64,000 nt of DNA from Vicinamibacterales bacterium. Its GTDB lineage: Bacteria; Acidobacteriota; Vicinamibacteria; Vicinamibacterales; UBA2999. Of the stretch, positions 61,463 through 64,000 are shown one piece after another. The notes beneath the pieces are model-generated. The model was not told the DNA's origin and ran no database searches. It worked only from the letters and a program-made list of their open reading frames with translations. The first letter of the stretch is position 1; each line of letters opens with the position of its first letter. Both the position numbers and the translations under genes were made by a program. Location: positions 46,462 through 110,461 of the forward strand of contig DATDOE010000138.1 of assembly GCA_035293405.1 (NCBI GenBank). Reading direction: 5' to 3'.

Positions 61463-63511
61463 TCACACCCCGAACAGCGCGGGATCCCACGTGAGGCCGA
61501 TCTCGCCTGGCGGCGCCATGTAACCGGCGAGCGCCGAGGCGGCCACGATGGCGGGGCTGGCGAGATATCCTTCGCCGCCCACGCCCATCCGATTCTGCCA
61601 GTTGCGATTGAAGGTCGTGATCGCGCGCTGGCCCGGATCGAGCGCATCGGGGCCCTGACCGAAGCAGGGCCCGCACCACGATTGCCGGATCTCACCACCG
61701 GCCGATCGGAAGACCGAGGCCACCGACTCGCCGCCAAGCCTCGGATCCGATCGCTCGATCTGCCGCCCGACACCGCCCGATCCCGGGAAGACCACCAACG
61801 GGCGCGCCGCCGTCGTGAGCCCCGCGCGCCGGGCATGGTAGAAGACCAGCGCCGCCTGCAGCAGGTCGTCATAGCTGCCGTTGGTGCACGATCCAATCAA
61901 CGCCTTGTCGAACGGGATGCGCTCGCGCGCCACGTCCTCCGCCGGGTAGGCATTGCCGGGACTGAACGGCTTGGCGATCATCGGCACGACGTCGCGCAGT
62001 GAGAAGTCCTCATCGATCTCGTATCGCGCGTTCGCACCAGGCGTCAGATCCGGGTACGGCAGCTCCGTGAGGCCCTTGGCCGCGTACCACGCGCGTGTGA
62101 TCTCGTCGGCGGCAAAGATACCGTTGAGCGCTTCCGCCTCCGCCATCATGTTGGCGATGGTGTTGCGGTAGGCGATGGGCAGCTGCCGGTCGCGATCGAC
62201 GAACTCCACCGACATTCCCTGCGACTGCGCCGCGCCCCAGCGGCGCAGCAGCTCGAGGACGATGTCCTTGCCGCTGACCCAGGGCTCCATCGCGCCCGAC
62301 AACACGACACGGCGGGCACGCACCAGCGTGAAGTAGACGTAGCCGGTCGCCCAACCGAAGCCGAGCGTTGTCGATCCCACGCCCATGCCGACGGCGCCAT
62401 AGGCGCCGTACGCGCGGCTGTGTGAGTCGGCCCCGGGAATGAACTGTCCTGGCGCCACGAGGCCCTGCTCGGGGAAGTAGAAGTGAAAGATGCCGTCGCC
62501 AGGCGTGGCGTAGTACGGCGGCTCGAGCCCCTGCTCGCGGGCGAACGCCCGGCCGATGCCCGTCTGCTTGTCATCGTCCTCCCGCCCGGTGAAGACGAAG
62601 TGATCGTTGGCGATCGCCGCCTGACGGGGATGAATCGCGCCCTGGGTGATCTGGTTGAACGTGTGGATCGCAAACGGCGCCGTGCCGTCCGACGCCGGAA
62701 GCAGATCGGCATAGACACGCAGCGTGTCGCCCGGCTTCAGCGCGCGTCGCTCCTTGTCCACCCGATGCGCCCAGACGATCTGCTCGGTCGTCGTCAGAGA
62801 CCGCGCCACCTGTTCGTCCGGAAACTCGATGAGCGGCTGGCGGGTCAGAGACGCGCGGAACTCGCGACGGCCAGCCGCGACAATGCCGCCGGTCTTGCGA
62901 AGTTCGTCTTCCTTCGGCGTCAGCGGCAGCGGATCGTAGGTCTTCCCCTGCGTGACGTTGGCGATGCGGCGCGTGTCGGGGTCGAACGTGAACTCATCGC
63001 CATCGCGCGCGTCGGCCACCGCCTCGGCACTCTGTACAACGTGCAATCCCAGGTTCAGGGCATTGCGGCGAAAGATATCCCCCATGTTGTCGCCGCAGAC
63101 GATCACCATCTCGAGGCCCGCCTCTTCGGCCACGCCCTTCAGACCGGCGGGACTCATCTCGCGTGACGAGCCGATCGCAAACCGGTCGCCGGCGATGAGA
63201 ACGGTCTCTCCGCGATGCACCCGCGCGCGGAAGTCGGGCATCAGATAGCGGAAGGATCCGGCCTTCCAACGCTCGTCCAGGGTCTCCAGCGTCTCGGACA
63301 CGCAGTCGGCGGCCGGCGTGATCTGGTCGGTGTCGATGGCGTCGAGCTTCTTGCCGTATTTGGTGCCGGCGAGCCTGGGGTCCCAGAAGATCAGGGCTTT
63401 ACCGCGGACCAGCCCGGGCGGCCGCTCAGCAGCCGTCTCCTCGTGGCACGCCTCTGGCATCTGACCTGGGGTGACGCCCGGCCGCAGCGTGGCGCCGAGA
63501 ATCTTGTGCAT
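61463..63511 (-). CDS. Aconitase-family hydro-lyase with the LeuD-like swivel domain at the N-terminus and the LeuC-like Fe-S domain at the C-terminus
   Basis: 682 aa. N-terminal GDRFAIGSSREMSPAGL (small-subunit motif), then GADSHS, IGSCTNGSYDDL and CGPCFGQG (cluster ligands). Confidence 0.8.
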   Translation of the reverse strand: MHKILGATLRPGVTPGQMPEACHEETAAERPPGLVRGKALIFWDPRLAGTKYGKKLDAIDTDQITPAADCVSETLETLDERWKAGSFRYLMPDFRARVHRGETVLIAGDRFAIGSSREMSPAGLKGVAEEAGLEMVIVCGDNMGDIFRRNALNLGLHVVQSAEAVADARDGDEFTFDPDTRRIANVTQGKTYDPLPLTPKEDELRKTGGIVAAGRREFRASLTRQPLIEFPDEQVARSLTTTEQIVWAHRVDKERRALKPGDTLRVYADLLPASDGTAPFAIHTFNQITQGAIHPRQAAIANDHFVFTGREDDDKQTGIGRAFAREQGLEPPYYATPGDGIFHFYFPEQGLVAPGQFIPGADSHSRAYGAYGAVGMGVGSTTLGFGWATGYVYFTLVRARRVVLSGAMEPWVSGKDIVLELLRRWGAAQSQGMSVEFVDRDRQLPIAYRNTIANMMAEAEALNGIFAADEITRAWYAAKGLTELPYPDLTPGANARYEIDEDFSLRDVVPMIAKPFSPGNAYPAEDVARERIPFDKALIGSCTNGSYDDLLQAALVFYHARRAGLTTAARPLVVFPGSGGVGRQIERSDPRLGGESVASVFRSAGGEIRQSWCGPCFGQGPDALDPGQRAITTFNRNWQNRMGVGGEGYLASPAIVAASALAGYMAPPGEIGLTWDPALFGV

Positions 63512-63546
63512 TTCAGCCTGATCTTAGCCCGTCACACTGGTCTGAT

Positions 63547-64000
63547 ATGATCCCGACCCCGCGCTCACGGCTGATTGAAACAGTTCCAATGGATGCGCCT
63601 CGGACCACGGTAATCGAACCTCGTCGTCGACAGGCAGAGCGCCGCACGCCCAGGCGCCGGGCCGCCGCCCGCCAGCCGCTTCGGACGACGCCTACGCACG
63701 AGCTGGAAACGTCGGATCTGAAGAACCCGGCGCTGTACATCAATCGCGAGTTGAGCTGGCTCGAGTTCAACGACCGTGTGCTCGCTCAGGCGCGCGACAA
63801 ATCGCATCCGTTGCTCGAGCGCGTGAAGTTCCTCGCCATCACCGGCACGAACCTGGACGAGTTCTTCATGATCCGCGTGTCCACCACGCTGAAGAAGCTC
63901 CGAGAAGGCATCGAGGACGTCGCGCCGGACGGATACAACACCGAGCAGCAGCTCGAAGCGATGCGGGCGCGGGCGCGTCAGATGCTGCAGCACCAGGCCG
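63547..64000 (+). CDS. ppk: Polyphosphate kinase 1, N-terminal part (runs off the window)
   Basis: My own translation reads ...LKNPALYINRELSWLEFNDRVLAQARDKSHPLLERVKFLAITGTNLDEFFMIRV.... The start is ATG 63547 or ATG 63589. Confidence 0.85.
   Translation, partial: MIPTPRSRLIETVPMDAPRTTVIEPRRRQAERRTPRRRAAARQPLRTTPTHELETSDLKNPALYINRELSWLEFNDRVLAQARDKSHPLLERVKFLAITGTNLDEFFMIRVSTTLKKLREGIEDVAPDGYNTEQQLEAMRARARQMLQHQA

Overview
This is a high-GC bacterial chromosomal window of about 50 protein genes. Hand-counted 60-nt blocks in core genes give about 67-73% GC. I found no rRNA, no intact tRNA, no CRISPR array and no transposase or integrase. The gene content suggests a soil Acidobacteriota-like organism, which is an inference only: a TIGR03436-style VWFA protein, many CarboxypepD_reg-domain secreted proteins and a CarboxypepD_reg-TonB receptor. 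Core content includes a MarR-TolC-MFP efflux operon, cobB, a PQQ dehydrogenase, peptidases, xth, an acyl-CoA desaturase, two two-component systems, htpX, msrA, phoD, split chrA, an aconitase-family enzyme and the 5' end of ppk.

The stand-out region is 19.6-33.3 kb. A tRNA-Leu(GAG) 3' fragment and an exact 21-nt copy of its 3' end bracket about 13.7 kb. That segment carries, all on the minus strand, a ribbon-helix-helix ORF, a 2267-aa LamG/Ig/RCC1/TSP3 giant surface protein and a 1692-aa Rhs protein. The Rhs protein has an unusual N-terminus (a C39-like domain plus a 13-Gly tract) and a tiny C-terminal tip that is hydrophobic and Cys-rich. It is followed by a ClpX-zinc-finger/4-TM membrane protein, which is the candidate immunity gene. 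The toxin/immunity end has clearly lower GC (about 47-62%).

The second recurring theme is non-coding structure. GTAG-headed REP/BIME-like hairpins sit at many gene ends. A family of tandem heptanucleotide arrays arranged as inverted pairs abuts or overlaps gene boundaries, and one such pair encloses a four-helix-bundle (23S-IVS/Avd-like) gene.

Many long ORFs in the supplied track are antisense artefacts of high GC and were not called.
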